From: Catajapyx aquilonaris
Taxonomy: Eukaryota
Reading direction: 5' to 3'
DNA: 64,000 nt
Assembly: GCA_000934665.2 (NCBI GenBank)
Contig: KZ538150.1
Location: forward strand, 1 to 64,000
Both the position numbers and the translations under genes were made by a program. The notes under the pieces are model-generated. The model saw nothing but the letters and a program-made list of their open reading frames with translations. It made no database searches and was not told the origin of the DNA. Below are positions 29,493 to 41,710 of the stretch, piece by piece. Position 1 is the stretch's first letter. Each line of letters opens with the position of its first letter.

Positions 29493-32400
29493 ATGCCACG
29501 GCGTGATGATCGGAGGCGGTTGTGGATTATTGGAGGAGTCTCGGCTGCTATTCTTATAGGTATGGCCAGAAAAACATTTTAAACCCAAAATTTCATTTTC
29601 ATCTTGTTACTATTGTGTCATAATATCATATTTATAACCTCTGGAACACGCCATAATGTCAGGTGGCTCTCCACTGCAATTACCTATATTTAATGGAAGA
29701 CGCCATATGTTTACTGCACTATACAAGAATAACCGAGCCACATTGTTAACAGAAATCGTCTATGTCTACTGCATGTTTAGACATACCGTAAACATAAAGG
29801 ACAGCATTAAATTCCCAATAATTAGTCAACAATGGATTTCCATATTTAACCATTGTTGCTTAACTGGAGCTGCTTGTGTAAAGAAGACAAAAATGGACAG
29901 TAGAATTTATTAAGCCTGGTATGGTCTGGCGAAAATATCTCGGGGAAATAAAATAATGTAGAATATATTGAAGCCTGTACGGGTTTACACATCTGAAAAT
30001 ATGTAACAATCAATTAAGTAACCTTGTATGAGTGTGAGATATATCGCGATTTAGTCTCATTTTATCTTTTTGATTATATGATGATAACACGTTGAAATAA
30101 CTCCCGTTAAGTACTAAGCAAAACATATTAATGAACTCTATATCTTCTAAGCCAACTTCATGTTCTGTACATTGATTCACCTTGATAATGATATTATCTG
30201 AAATACACCCTGCGACACCCTATATGTTTTATAACATTAGCTTAATCCTAAGGCAGGAATATTGCGGATATCACAAGTCTTGTTGACACTTTGAAGAGGA
30301 GTAAAAGAAAAAAAGGAGAGAGACAGTCATGGAATGGTTGGGTGAGATAGATGTTCTGTCATACTAAAATTTTTGGCTATAGGCCTGCACCCACCTTGCA
30401 TAAACCTCATCCTACACCAACCATGAGAGTAGGCGACATTTAAACTGTAAGGATGCCGTTTAAATTTTGAAACGCGATATTTATAGTAAAAGAGATCATT
30501 GGTACATAAATATAAATATATAGAAAAAAAATCTTAGTCGTGACTAACTCGAAGTTACTGGCATGAAGCAATAACCTGGATCTATTCCAGAGGTCGAAAG
30601 TTATTCACGATACTATGAAATGAAGCTGAGACGATATACGTAGACCTACATTTCAGACTGTCATGTATGAGGTTATAATTCGCAGTAAATAATGTCAATT
30701 TTCCCCGAGATTATACCGTACCTCTCCCGATATATTCTAATATCTTACATTAGCCAAAAATCAGATAATGCACTAATGTAATCTGTGCTTTATTACAGTG
30801 ATTATAGTAATCTTGGCAATAACGATGACAAGTGGAAGCACCAATGACTCAGGTAAAGTACATTAATGGGAATTGTAAACCTGCTAGCCAGTGGGAAGTT
30901 GTCAAAGGCTCAAAAACTCTCAATATTATTGTACTTAAATTGTATTCAGAAATAGTATTGCCGAAAATGATTGACACATGACGGATGCTTTAAACAGGGT
31001 ACTTATTGACATGTAATGTAATTGATGAATAAGCTATCAATACATTTATGCATAAATACTGCTTCAAAAAAAAGCCATACCAGTATGCCAAGAAATCAGA
31101 AAACAGTAGGCCTACATTCATTGAAGCATTGGATAACTTTTCATGTGCAATACAGGATTGTAAAAAGTAAGTTTAAAATAAAAATTACTGTATTACAATT
31201 TCCCCACCACGTTGTAATATGAAAATAATTGTAATATATTGTAATAATTTATTGTAATATAAAAATTAATTTCTTCTTTCAATTTCCCTTAGGTCTCTTT
31301 TTCTCCCCAAAAATGGATTCGCATCATTCGTTAATTCATTTCAACGTGATGAAAGACAAATCCTGGGAAACCTATTCCTATAAGCTGCACGAGTTTGTGT
31401 CAGGTGAAGTATGCATGTACTCTGTATACACATGTATATTATCGTAATTTCCATAAATATATTGTAAACTACTTATGCAGTATGTTACAGAATTTAGTTC
31501 ATCATTCATATTCACAAAATATCTGTCAACAGCCATAATTCATGACCTAAATTCTGAACTGATGACAACGCAGTATTCCCTTTAAACAAGTCTTTGCAAG
31601 TGAAGAGCCGTCGTTAAAGGCGCTAGGAGAGAGGAGAAAGGAGTGTTTAGAGTCCATGAAGGTCTTAATGAATTTAAATTATGGTTGGCTTTCAGAGATA
31701 CAAAGAAGTAAAGAATCAAGTTACTTGCAGAGGATCGACAAAATAATAGGAACACCTGCAAGAAGCGATTGAAATGTCGCGTCTGTTTTATTCGAAAACT
31801 AAAATAGGAACGACACTCCCCCGCCCCCTCCTGGTGATTGATTTAAAGAATATAATTATTATATCGCGAGTTGGACAAAATAACGGATTTTTACATCCAT
31901 CCACAATCCATCCACAATCCATCCACAAAGTGACATAAATAGAGAGCCTTCAAAACCCAGTCAAGATTATTTCTGCAGCTATTTTGGTTTTCTAGAGCTT
32001 AAAAACCCAAGTAAAGTTCATATCCGTACCTGTTTTGGTTTTCAATCTATTTTTCCAGGTGTTCATTTTATTTTGTCAAACCACTCTACTTTCTCGTTGC
32101 GAGATTCTGATATATCATTCCACTTAGCGCGGCCTTGCTTTGAAATAAATGTCAGTTACCGAAAATGATCTGCAAAATTATAGCTAATACAATAGTACGA
32201 TTTTCTTACGCAGAATATGAAGGTGTATCACGAGAGCCGACCTTCGAGAAGACAATCGTGAACTGCAGTTGGGATGCACGTCCATCAGCTGGAGAAGTGT
32301 GCAATGTTGAATGGAAGTTTTCTAAAACCGATTGCAACGTGGAAAACAATTTTGGTTACGACAAAGGAAGACCATGTGTCATATTATATCCGAAATTTGT

Positions 32401-33001
32401 ATGAAAAACTAGTATATTAGACCAAAAATAATGTAATAACTAAAGTAATTTTATTGCAGAGAAGTGATTGGACACCAGAATATTATCCGTTGTCAGAACT
32501 TCCAGAGGAAATGCCAATGAATCTCAAAGACCACATCAGAAATTCAAACAGTAATGAGGTATTGTAATTTCTGTTTTTATGTGGGTATGGGGAGAGTAAT
32601 TCAGTATGTGTAGAAAAGGGAAACTGAATATTATAATTCAATTGACCGCCAATTACTTAGACCGAATTACTTTTGGTTAAAGACACTCTGGATACATTGT
32701 GACGGTGTCCATGGTGCTGACAAAGAGAATCTCGGCCAAATTTCCTATTACCCAAAAAGGGGATTCCCAAGCTACTATTTTCCAGCAAAACCCGATATTG
32801 GTGGATATCTGAATCCACTTGTGGCAGTACAATTTCAAAGGCTAAAATGTAAGTAATGATGATAAGAACATGATTGTGATGATATAGTGATTGATAATAA
32901 TTTCTTCTTTCAGACGAGGTCGTAATAAATGTCGGATCTGGGCCAAAAATCTTCCAGATGACCAGGGATCTGTAATGTTTGAACTTTTGCTGGACCGTTA
33001 A
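29493..33001 (+). pseudogene. ATP1B: Na+/K+-ATPase beta-subunit-like paralog 6 with a frameshift in the last exon (pseudogene, damaged allele or assembly error)
   Basis: Exons 29493-29559, 30799-30852, 31293-31403, 32214-32398, 32460-32558, ~32683-32848, 32914-33001. Motifs NFGYDKGRPCVILYP, WTPEYY..LPEEMP, LWIHCDG..DKENLG, NPLVAVQF. The last exon read from the canonical acceptor is out of frame with KCRIWAKNL..FELLLDR*, and the homologous exon-6 acceptor reads GG instead of AG. Family call is strong; pseudogene status is uncertain. Confidence 0.7.
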
Positions 33002-33759
33002 TTATTATTTCATTAAAAGTAACGAGCAATATCAGTTGAAAAGGTGAAAGTGAGATGATGATATTTGTGTGTGGAATTTAAAATGAATACACAGATTAGT
33101 GAATTTTGGAATTAAAATATTACACTTCCAGTTGGGCTAGTTTATTTCGATACATACATCGACTTCAACAGACTTCAACCCAGTAACAAAATGCAAAAAA
33201 AGAGATACGAAAATTATGATTTTTGACATTCCTTGGTTTATCTGGGAACTGAAAGGTATATGCAACCATACAGCTGTATATTAAATTGTATAATTAATTG
33301 CATTTTTCTCAAAAAACATTTTTTCAAATCTCATTTTGTCCCACTCACAATGTTTCTTTAATGTGTTGTGGATAAAAGGAATTCTTTAAACAAAATTTAA
33401 ACAAAACGGAAAAATAAAATTAGCGTGGTTCTTGTTCCGTGGCCTCTCATATCTACACCATAATCGTTCCCATCTCGCTACCAGTTGAAACAAAGTACAA
33501 CATGAAACTTACGTACGAATATGGAATATAAATGAAGCGCAGTACATGACCAAGTCCTTGGCCTTGTAAAATCTATTCACAAGTCAAGGACGCGATTTGA
33601 CGGAGGAAAAAATGCAGAGTACATATGGAATGCGTGTGGCCAACTATTTAAAAGCATGACACACGGAAGACGCACCTCTGTAATGATTCAGTAGGAAAGT
33701 TTTTATTTTTGCTCAGATGTAAGTGCTAGGTGGCAACGTGAAGATCTAAAGAAACTGAA

Positions 33760-35189
33760 ATGCAAGAGGAAAAGAAAGAGATCGAGAAGAAGGAAAAGAA
33801 AAAAAACAACACCTGTGTATGGATACTCTGTGGAATACTGTTTGCCATTCTTTTAGGTAAGATACGTAGTTTCTTAGTTTTTTTTCTCACATCAGCTTAT
33901 CTACACACGTAAAAATTATACCTTCAATTATCTTGTACTTTCAGTGGCTATCATAATTGCCTTGGTGCTAACATTACGAACAAGGGATAAATGCACTGAT
34001 GAGATTATTGGCGGCAAGTAACAATACGAAAACGTTCTTATTATTTACATATTTTAATGATATGTAATAATATTTTCAGGTCTCTTAGTTGTGCCAAATA
34101 ATAAAAGCAACCCAGATGAAGTAATGTACATTTCACAAGGACCCAATGGAAGTTGGAGTCAGTATGTGGACAAACTGGAACAATATTTGCAAGGTGAGAA
34201 TCACTTACAAAGTTATGTTTTTCTGTGTAGCCAATTTGTACTCCGATCCAGGTGCCCTAAGTTATGTACTTGATTCTACATTAGAGTACACCTGTGAATA
34301 ATTGGGAACCTCGATACACAAAAGAACTTGTTTATTTAATTTGCACCATTCTGAATTCATCAGTATAGGACTGCGTGTTTTACAGCTTATGAACTTCCCA
34401 GCAAAACTGCTGCAGAAAATATGGTCATATGTACATGGGATTTTCCGCCACCTGAAGGAAAATTCTGTAATTTTCATCTGTCTGAACTGGCTCGAGGAAT
34501 TAATCATCAGATATACACTTGCACACGAAGTGAGAATTTTGGATACGATAAAGGAAGACCTTGCATATTGATACATCCATCAATGGCAAGCATTAGATCA
34601 ATCATGATCGGTTTCTTAATATTTATGCTCATGCCCATACAGAGTGATTCTGGTACACAAAATTTACACTGTTCTCATGTCACTCAGGATAACAATTGGC
34701 AGCCAGACTATTATACCCATACTGATGAGCTTCCCTTGGACATGCCTATAAAACTACAAAACTACATCAGAGCTCTAGATGATTCTAAGCAGGTAAAAGG
34801 AGGCATGGTTCAAAAGTTCAAATATACAGTCCTAACCTTACACAATGCATTCGCATATGTAGCGGAAGACTGTGTGGATGACATGCGAAGGACAAACTCC
34901 AGCTGACCAAGAATTGGTTGGGCCAATTGACTATTCTGCAAGTGGGTTTAGGTCTTACCATTTGGAGGGAAGGAATGTGACAGGATATTTGGGTCCAATT
35001 ATTGCTGTGCAGCTTATTCAGCCTGCAAGTAAGTACACTAATTTAATAAAATCCTGTCAATTTTGTCCGATTTTAAATATTATTTTCTTCACAGATGGCG
35101 TCACTATTTCTGTTGTGTGTCGTATGTGGGCGAAAAATATTCCCGATGCCCAGGCTAGCGTCCACTTTAAAATTTATATTGAAGAATAA
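33760..35189 (+). CDS. ATP1B: Na+/K+-ATPase beta-subunit-like paralog 7, 7 exons (two GC-AG introns required)
   Basis: Exons 33760-33856, 33945-34013, 34080-34193, 34386-34585, 34688-34792, 34863-35028, 35095-35189. Charged N-tail MQEEKKEIEKKEKKK, TM, motifs NFGYDKGRPCILIHP, WQPDYY..LPLDMP, VWMTCEG, GPIIAVQL, CRMWAKNI..VHFKIYIEE*. Confidence 0.9.
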
Positions 35190-35737
35190 TTGAAGCTACT
35201 TTTTACACCTACCATATCAAATACATGTACAGTATAAACCAGCGTATAAAAATAACAATATTAATTAGACGAAATTGTTATTTTCACTTAATACTATGCG
35301 TTTTTGTATTTTCTCTTTCCACAGCTTTAATAAACAATCAATTTCTGTCACCAAATAGTCTGTCACCAAATAGATTCCAATAACAAACTACCACACATAG
35401 TCAATAAAATAGATACTAAAGGTAGTGATATAAAAGTGCAAAATATGGAACTTCTCTTTATTTATTATTGCTTCCTAGCGGCTTGATAAAAGAGACTGTG
35501 ACTATGACTTTACCACCACAATAATGACATGATATTCATGGATGACACGTGCTACTTATACGATGCGACCCTTGTCAAAATTTGTTATAAAAAAAATAGA
35601 GCCCTCGTCACGCATGCGTCCTTCATTTACTTAAGACTTGGTGACGTAGCGCGGGTCAATTGAGAACTTAGGCAGCACATACCTCTAAAGTGCGTTTATA
35701 ACAGAGGTAGTCATCTTCAACTGCCTGATCCGCAAAA

Positions 35738-38219
35738 ATGCCATCCGAGAGTTGCAAACGTTGCTGCATTGTTGGAGGAGTTACCACAGCTGTTATTCTG
35801 GGTGAGTGTATAGTGGTGCAGAATGTAAAAAATTTGAAAGTGCGATCGTTTATACTGCATTATAATAGTACAACGTAATACCATGTGTGATACATAGTAT
35901 CTGTGAATTAGTTGCAAATTCATAGAGCTAGTATTCCAAAAGTGAATGAGTAGTTAATAAGCATGCATGTGACAATGCGTGACATCACAAGGCAGCGACT
36001 AATCCTGGAAGATGGTCCTTGAATTGATAAGTTAGTAGAAGGGGCCCCGACGCTCATAGCGTGATTCTGACAATAGAGACACATCCTTATTAGGTTAAGT
36101 GTCTAGAGATATTAGTTAAAATTATTTAAGTTAAGCGTCCTTCCATTATTTTCAAAACTAGCAGTATTTTCCAAAAGAAGGATGAAAGAACCACCCAATC
36201 AATGGAAGTGGACCAGCATGCTTCATTATGACATTGAATAATAATTCCAAAATATCTGAAACTATTTAATATACACTGTGATGAAATACGGTACTGTACA
36301 TGTGGCGCATGTGAAAAATTATGACGACGATATATACTATACATGAGCTTTGAAAACATTACGCATTAAATTTTTGCAGTAATTGTATTGGTGCTTACGC
36401 TGGCGTTAATAGGGTGGGACTCCAAGTATGGTACGTATATATTTACAGTATGCATTGTTATAATGCTTACTGGTTGGAATATATTAATAATTTCAAATAT
36501 AAAAACCAAATTTGACATCTGTTGTAGGTCTGTCTTTCGAGCCGAATCTGGACCCGGACACTGCTTTAATTTCTTACAAACACGGCATACAAGGAAACTG
36601 GAGCAGATTATATGACAGAATGGAAATTTTCCTCATGCGTTATGGTGAGTCTGTCGAAGTCAGAAAAATGGAAAAAATAATTTCAACTTCCGATACCCAA
36701 GTGACACTTGCAATATCAATAATGTCCCTAATTCGCAATGACACTATAGACATTTATCCCACAAGTGCGGCCCTACCGGTGGGATAAATGCCATTTTTCA
36801 TGACAGTGTTTACGTATACACCTGGTACTGTTAATATGTCAGATGCGCAAGAAACGAGCCCGAGTGCAAAAACATGCAACTGGAACAAGTTGCCACATGA
36901 GGATGAAGTATGCCAAGTGTTCCGAAAAGATATGGGATGGTCGTGTGGGCGTGAACAGAACTATGGATACCCATCAGGAACACCGTGTATCATTCTCTAT
37001 CCTCACATGGTAACGATTTGGTTTTTTCATTAGTTGGATGCGATTGACGACCACAAAAGGTAATCAATAATATATTTTCCTTACCAGAGACAAGAATGGG
37101 TTCCAGAATATTACACCCCAAATGAGCTTCCAGAGGAGATGCCTAATGACGTGAAGTTGTACATTACATCCCAGAGAGTCTCTACTAACCCTAACCAGGT
37201 TAATACACTAAAAATGCCTGCAATCAAATTATTTTGAACCGTGTGGAGTAATCATTTAAGTTAATTAATGGTTACACACACATACTACGTGACATCTATC
37301 ATGTACTGTCTTATTGATACAGGAATAATTTCAAATTTTAAAGCATGAAGGATCTAGTTATTTTCTTTGGCACAACAAAGTTTGTCGTGGCAGCTGAAAA
37401 CAGGGTGGGCATACATGCATAGTGATGCGTAAATGGGGGTAAGTGTCTTGTGCAATGTCTTTATTTCTCATTGAAGGGAAGCAGCTGTGTCAGTACGAAT
37501 ATAATACGTAAGAGATAAAAACAACACTGACATCCCAGCACCAAAATGACAATACATAGTAGGCTATACTATTGGAGCAATATTATTGCGAACTCTTTCA
37601 TGGTCCTTATAGAAATGCAAATTAATGTTTCCGATATAATATTGAGTCGATTGAAGTATTTTTTGACCAAAATATAAACTGATTGTTTCACGTGTATTCA
37701 TGTGTGGCTCATTTGCATATCTAATGAAATATTGACCACAACAATATTGTCCGATATTGTCCCAATAAAACATCTGACTTAATGGGTTTTCATGTTATTA
37801 TCCATGAATGTAATATGTTTACTAAAATGTCACTTTTAAACTAATTCCGTTCATTTGTTTCTAGTACACCCAAATGCTGGAGACAGTGTGGGTTTCGTGC
37901 GAAGGTGAAGACTATCAAGACGCTGACAACTTAATGGGTGTTCGCTACCTCCCAATGCCCGGATTCCCTGGGTACTACTTCCCATCCCGCAGGAACAATC
38001 CCGGATACGCCGAGCCTTTTGTAGCGGTGCAGTTCAGCGGTCCAAGAAGTAAGTATAATTAGCTAGATTCTGCCCTCGTTAGCCAAAGCACTGCTGCACA
38101 GTTAAATGAATTATTATGGCATTCCAGGGGGTGTGGTCATCTCTGTCAGATGCAACTTGTGGGCCAAAAATATACCCAGCGGAGAAGGAGTACTCCGCTT
38201 CAAACTTAGAGTTGATTAA
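35738..38219 (+). CDS. ATP1B: Na+/K+-ATPase beta-subunit-like paralog 8, 7 exons
   Basis: Exons 35738-35801, 36380-36430, 36528-36644, 36807-37009, 37088-37198, 37865-38048, 38128-38219. Motifs GLSFEP, NYGYPSGTPCIILYP, WVPEYY..LPEEMP, VWVSCEGE, GFPGYYFP, EPFVAVQF, RCNLWAKNI..RFKLRVD*. Confidence 0.92.
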
Positions 38220-39867
38220 GCGACAAGGAGTGAATCATTTCTCATTCGCATTCATATCATGAAACCCGCTTTGTGTAAAGTTCCTCCATTACGCCATGCT
38301 AACTAACTTCATGTACCCTAAATAGCACGATGTGACTAATTTTTTGACAAAAGCACAATGGCATCAAACTGTGTAATAAATACCAGTACCGTATGTAAAA
38401 AATAGACTCAACAAATTTATTGCCTGGTTTTGTCGTATCAAATTGTACGTAATACTAGTCAATAAATAACAAATTAAATATTTGAGTGTGCATGTGTGCA
38501 CCTGCAATTAGAAGCAAGCTGTTACTGTCAATGGAAATATGAAAAGTGTGAGGAAAAGTGGCAACGTCCGGAAGCCCATAAAAATTGTTCTGAAGGCCAG
38601 AAGTTTATTGAAGCTAATGGGTGTGTAGTATACAAATTGGACTTGCCCCTATTAGCCCAAAAGCTCATCAAGTCAGCTCTCAATTAGTAGACATCACATA
38701 CCAATCAGAAATGGACATAAAAGCATCTGAATAATAGGAGCAATATTCTTTCAAGTATGGTACAAGTAGTTATCTGTTCTACAATGCCTTCTTATGACTC
38801 ATTAACATTGGCGTTAAATTAAAGTTTTGATCGGCCCTGTCAAATTGGCTTCTGACTGATTCCATTCTCGATAGGGCATGTAATATTACTGTTTCGCATG
38901 TCATTTCTCCAAGCTAGATTTAAAAGAGATTACCTAGGCTATTCAGGAGTTTGAAACGGCAAGGCAGCATTTGAAACTATTGAATTTACAGCAATTTACA
39001 GCGCATAAAAGCTTGGAAGCACTTGAGAAACTTTTGCCAGCGGTCGGAGAAGTACGGATATGTACAAGGTCGGCCCTACGTCTTGATATTATACCCACAC
39101 ATGGTAAGCCAATATAGTGTCATTCATTATGTAACGTGTCATTTGCATCTGCAAGCAGACGGCTGACTTTTGCGTTATGCTTCTTTTCGATGAGTATAGT
39201 TCAGAATATTAGGATATCTGGCAGCCGTTATCTATTTTCATTTAGCCTAATACAGAATTACAGATCATGGAATTTGAATGACCACACTATCTATAGTAGG
39301 GAGTTACGATAAGAATGTCGTAAATGGCTTTTGAGAATAATAGGATAAATCACTTTTTGACTTTTAAAACCATCCACTTCAACCTCATAGTCATCTCTGG
39401 TAAATTGGGTAAAATGCTAGGGAAACCTCCCCTTTACCAATTTGGTGAACTTGACAGGTTCCCGCTAGGAATGCCTATATTGTTAGACAATTGAGAGGGA
39501 GCATTTGTCGTTCACTACAGCATTGGCTGAAAGACAACCTGATAATAATAGTTTGGTCCCTCCTGCACATGTCCATATGAAATGCCGGAATTCCTTCAAA
39601 AAAAAAACAACAACAACAATATTGCTCAGCTAAGCTCCTACAGGAAACTCTGCTGGGAATTTTGTATGGTCATGCTCATACTCAAGAAAAATTGATTATC
39701 ACGAAAATGGCCTTCCTCAAGCAACAACACGACAAATTAGTGTGAAATAAATTTCTAAAGATATTAATTTGCACTTGGTTCGTGTATATACAAAAGCGGA
39801 AGCCAAATAAGAAACGAATATAACAGTGACAAAACATATGTCCCATGCCGTGTCAGCTTTTGACAGC

Positions 39868-39939
39868 TGCCGTGACCAGGATTCGAACCTGGGTTATTGC
39901 GGCCACAACGCAATGTACTAACCACTATACGATCACGGC
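39868..39939 (-). tRNA. trnH-GUG: tRNA-His (GUG), copy 1
   Basis: Reverse complement reads GCCGTGATCGTATAGTGGTTAGTACATTGCGTTGTGGCCGCAATAACCCAGGTTCGAATCCTGGTCACGGCA (72 nt). Cloverleaf with GTG anticodon, A and B boxes, and a T-run terminator ~33 nt downstream. Confidence 0.97.
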
Positions 39940-40377
39940 TAGTTCTGGGACTTGCAAATTCTTCTTTCAATTCTACTGGTTCACAGATCCTGGCCTTTTT
40001 TTGACCTACTTCTAAGATCCCACCTCCCAGATGGCTCTGGTGGCAGCAAACACATCAATCTGTTAGGCCAATCATCATCCCCTCTAGGAACCCTGTTTAA
40101 TAACAATAAACACCGATAAACTTATTAACTGGTGACCTTCACGACCCTGACAAAAAGCCAATCTGAAAACGTCGCCTGCCACGCCATCTACCGCTAGTTT
40201 CCCAAACAAACAAAATATGTTGAGTACAGGTTGAGCCCAGAGGTGGCAACGTAGCCTCCAATTAAGAATGCACACCAATGCAATGTTGTGACGTGTCAGT
40301 GTTTGAGTTCTTAAAAAGTAGCTTGGCGGTCAACGTCGCTTTTCTTGAATAGGGTTGTGTTGGTGACAGATCTTGAC

Positions 40378-41710
40378 ATGCCTGAATCGGGCAGCAGGAG
40401 GCCTGCCAGCAGGAGGAACAGGTGGATCTGTCTAGGGGTGGTTGCAGCCTTAATTGCTCTTACAAGTGTTATAGGTAAGGTATAAGTGACGATTATTTAA
40501 AACAAATTAATCAGCATTTTGCACATATTACAGTGTTCGTGACTGTTTATGGCGGGGCTATGGCCAGGCCAGGAACAAGTGAATATGGTAAATCAACACC
40601 TAATCTGTATATGGGCATTGATTTGATTGCTTAATTTTTTATTACAGGTCTCAAATTCGAGCCAAATCCAAATTCAAATGGATTGATCTTGATTCACATA
40701 GGTGACGTAGAAGAGGATGCGACTTATGTGTACAGGATCGAGAGTTATTTGAGCAGTAAGTTTTCTAAAATATGATGAAAAGTAATTCATGCCCTGTTCA
40801 AAACCTAACCAAAACACAATTTCAGATTATCAGCCCAGTCCATCCGTGGTGGATTGCCGACCTGGACATTACCCTCAGGTGGACCAAGTGTGTGCTTTTC
40901 CCACACAAAACATCGCCAAATTTTGCCGAGAAGATTTAAAATACGGATATATCAGAGGTAGTCCGTGCGTTTTAATATACGCTCATATGGTAAGCCTTAT
41001 TCATAATAATATATTGTCATTTGCTAGTCATAATAATACTCAAAAATGATGTTTTATTTGGATTGAACTGAATAGAAACTGATGTGATACTATTTAATAT
41101 ATAACTTGGGGTTATTAACAAAATCATTATTTCAATCAGAATTGACATTTATTTTCATTCTCATTTTATCTTCATGCACTAAATATTTATTATACTGCAG
41201 CCAGATGACTGGGTGCCTGCCACATACAACTATAGTGACATGCTTCCAGAAAATATGCCAGAAGATTTGCAGAAGAAAATCTCTGACAGATATGCTGATC
41301 CCCAACAGGTAATGTAACCCAGGTTGGCCAACATGACCTAAAATACTAACAACCTATAATGTTGCCATTGTGATTCAGCTGGAAAATGCTTGGATGTCGT
41401 GCCAAGGTGAAGATGCACCTGATGTGGAATACATGGGACCACTTGATTACTACCCTGACCCACCTGGCTTTCCTGCCTACAATTTCCCTCCGAAGAGGAA
41501 TGTGGATGGATACATGGATCCAGTCGTAGCTGTCAGGTTCTCCAGACCGAATAGTACGTACCGAGAGAGTACCGTAGCCAAATATATTTTTGATTTTAAT
41601 TGACATATCTTTCTTTTATAGGTGGTGTGGCTGTAAGAATTCGATGTCGAATATGGACCAAGAATGCTTCTGAAAGGGACGAAGTGACATTTGTACTTCG
41701 AGTTGACTAA
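40378..41710 (+). CDS. ATP1B: Na+/K+-ATPase beta-subunit-like paralog 9, 7 exons
   Basis: Exons 40378-40474, 40534-40587, 40648-40755, 40826-40989, 41201-41308, 41379-41554 (approximate), 41622-41710. Motifs GLKFEP, KYGYIRGSPCVLIY, WVPATY..LPENMPEDL, WMSCQGEDAPDVEYMGP, GFPAYNFP, DPVVAVRF, RCRIWTKN..FVLRVD*. Confidence 0.92.

Noticed and set aside
31895..35372. Short tandem repeats (ATCCATCCACA x3 near 31900; TCTGTCACCAAATAG x2 near 35344)
   Set aside because: Ordinary local slippage duplications with no spacer structure; not CRISPR-like.
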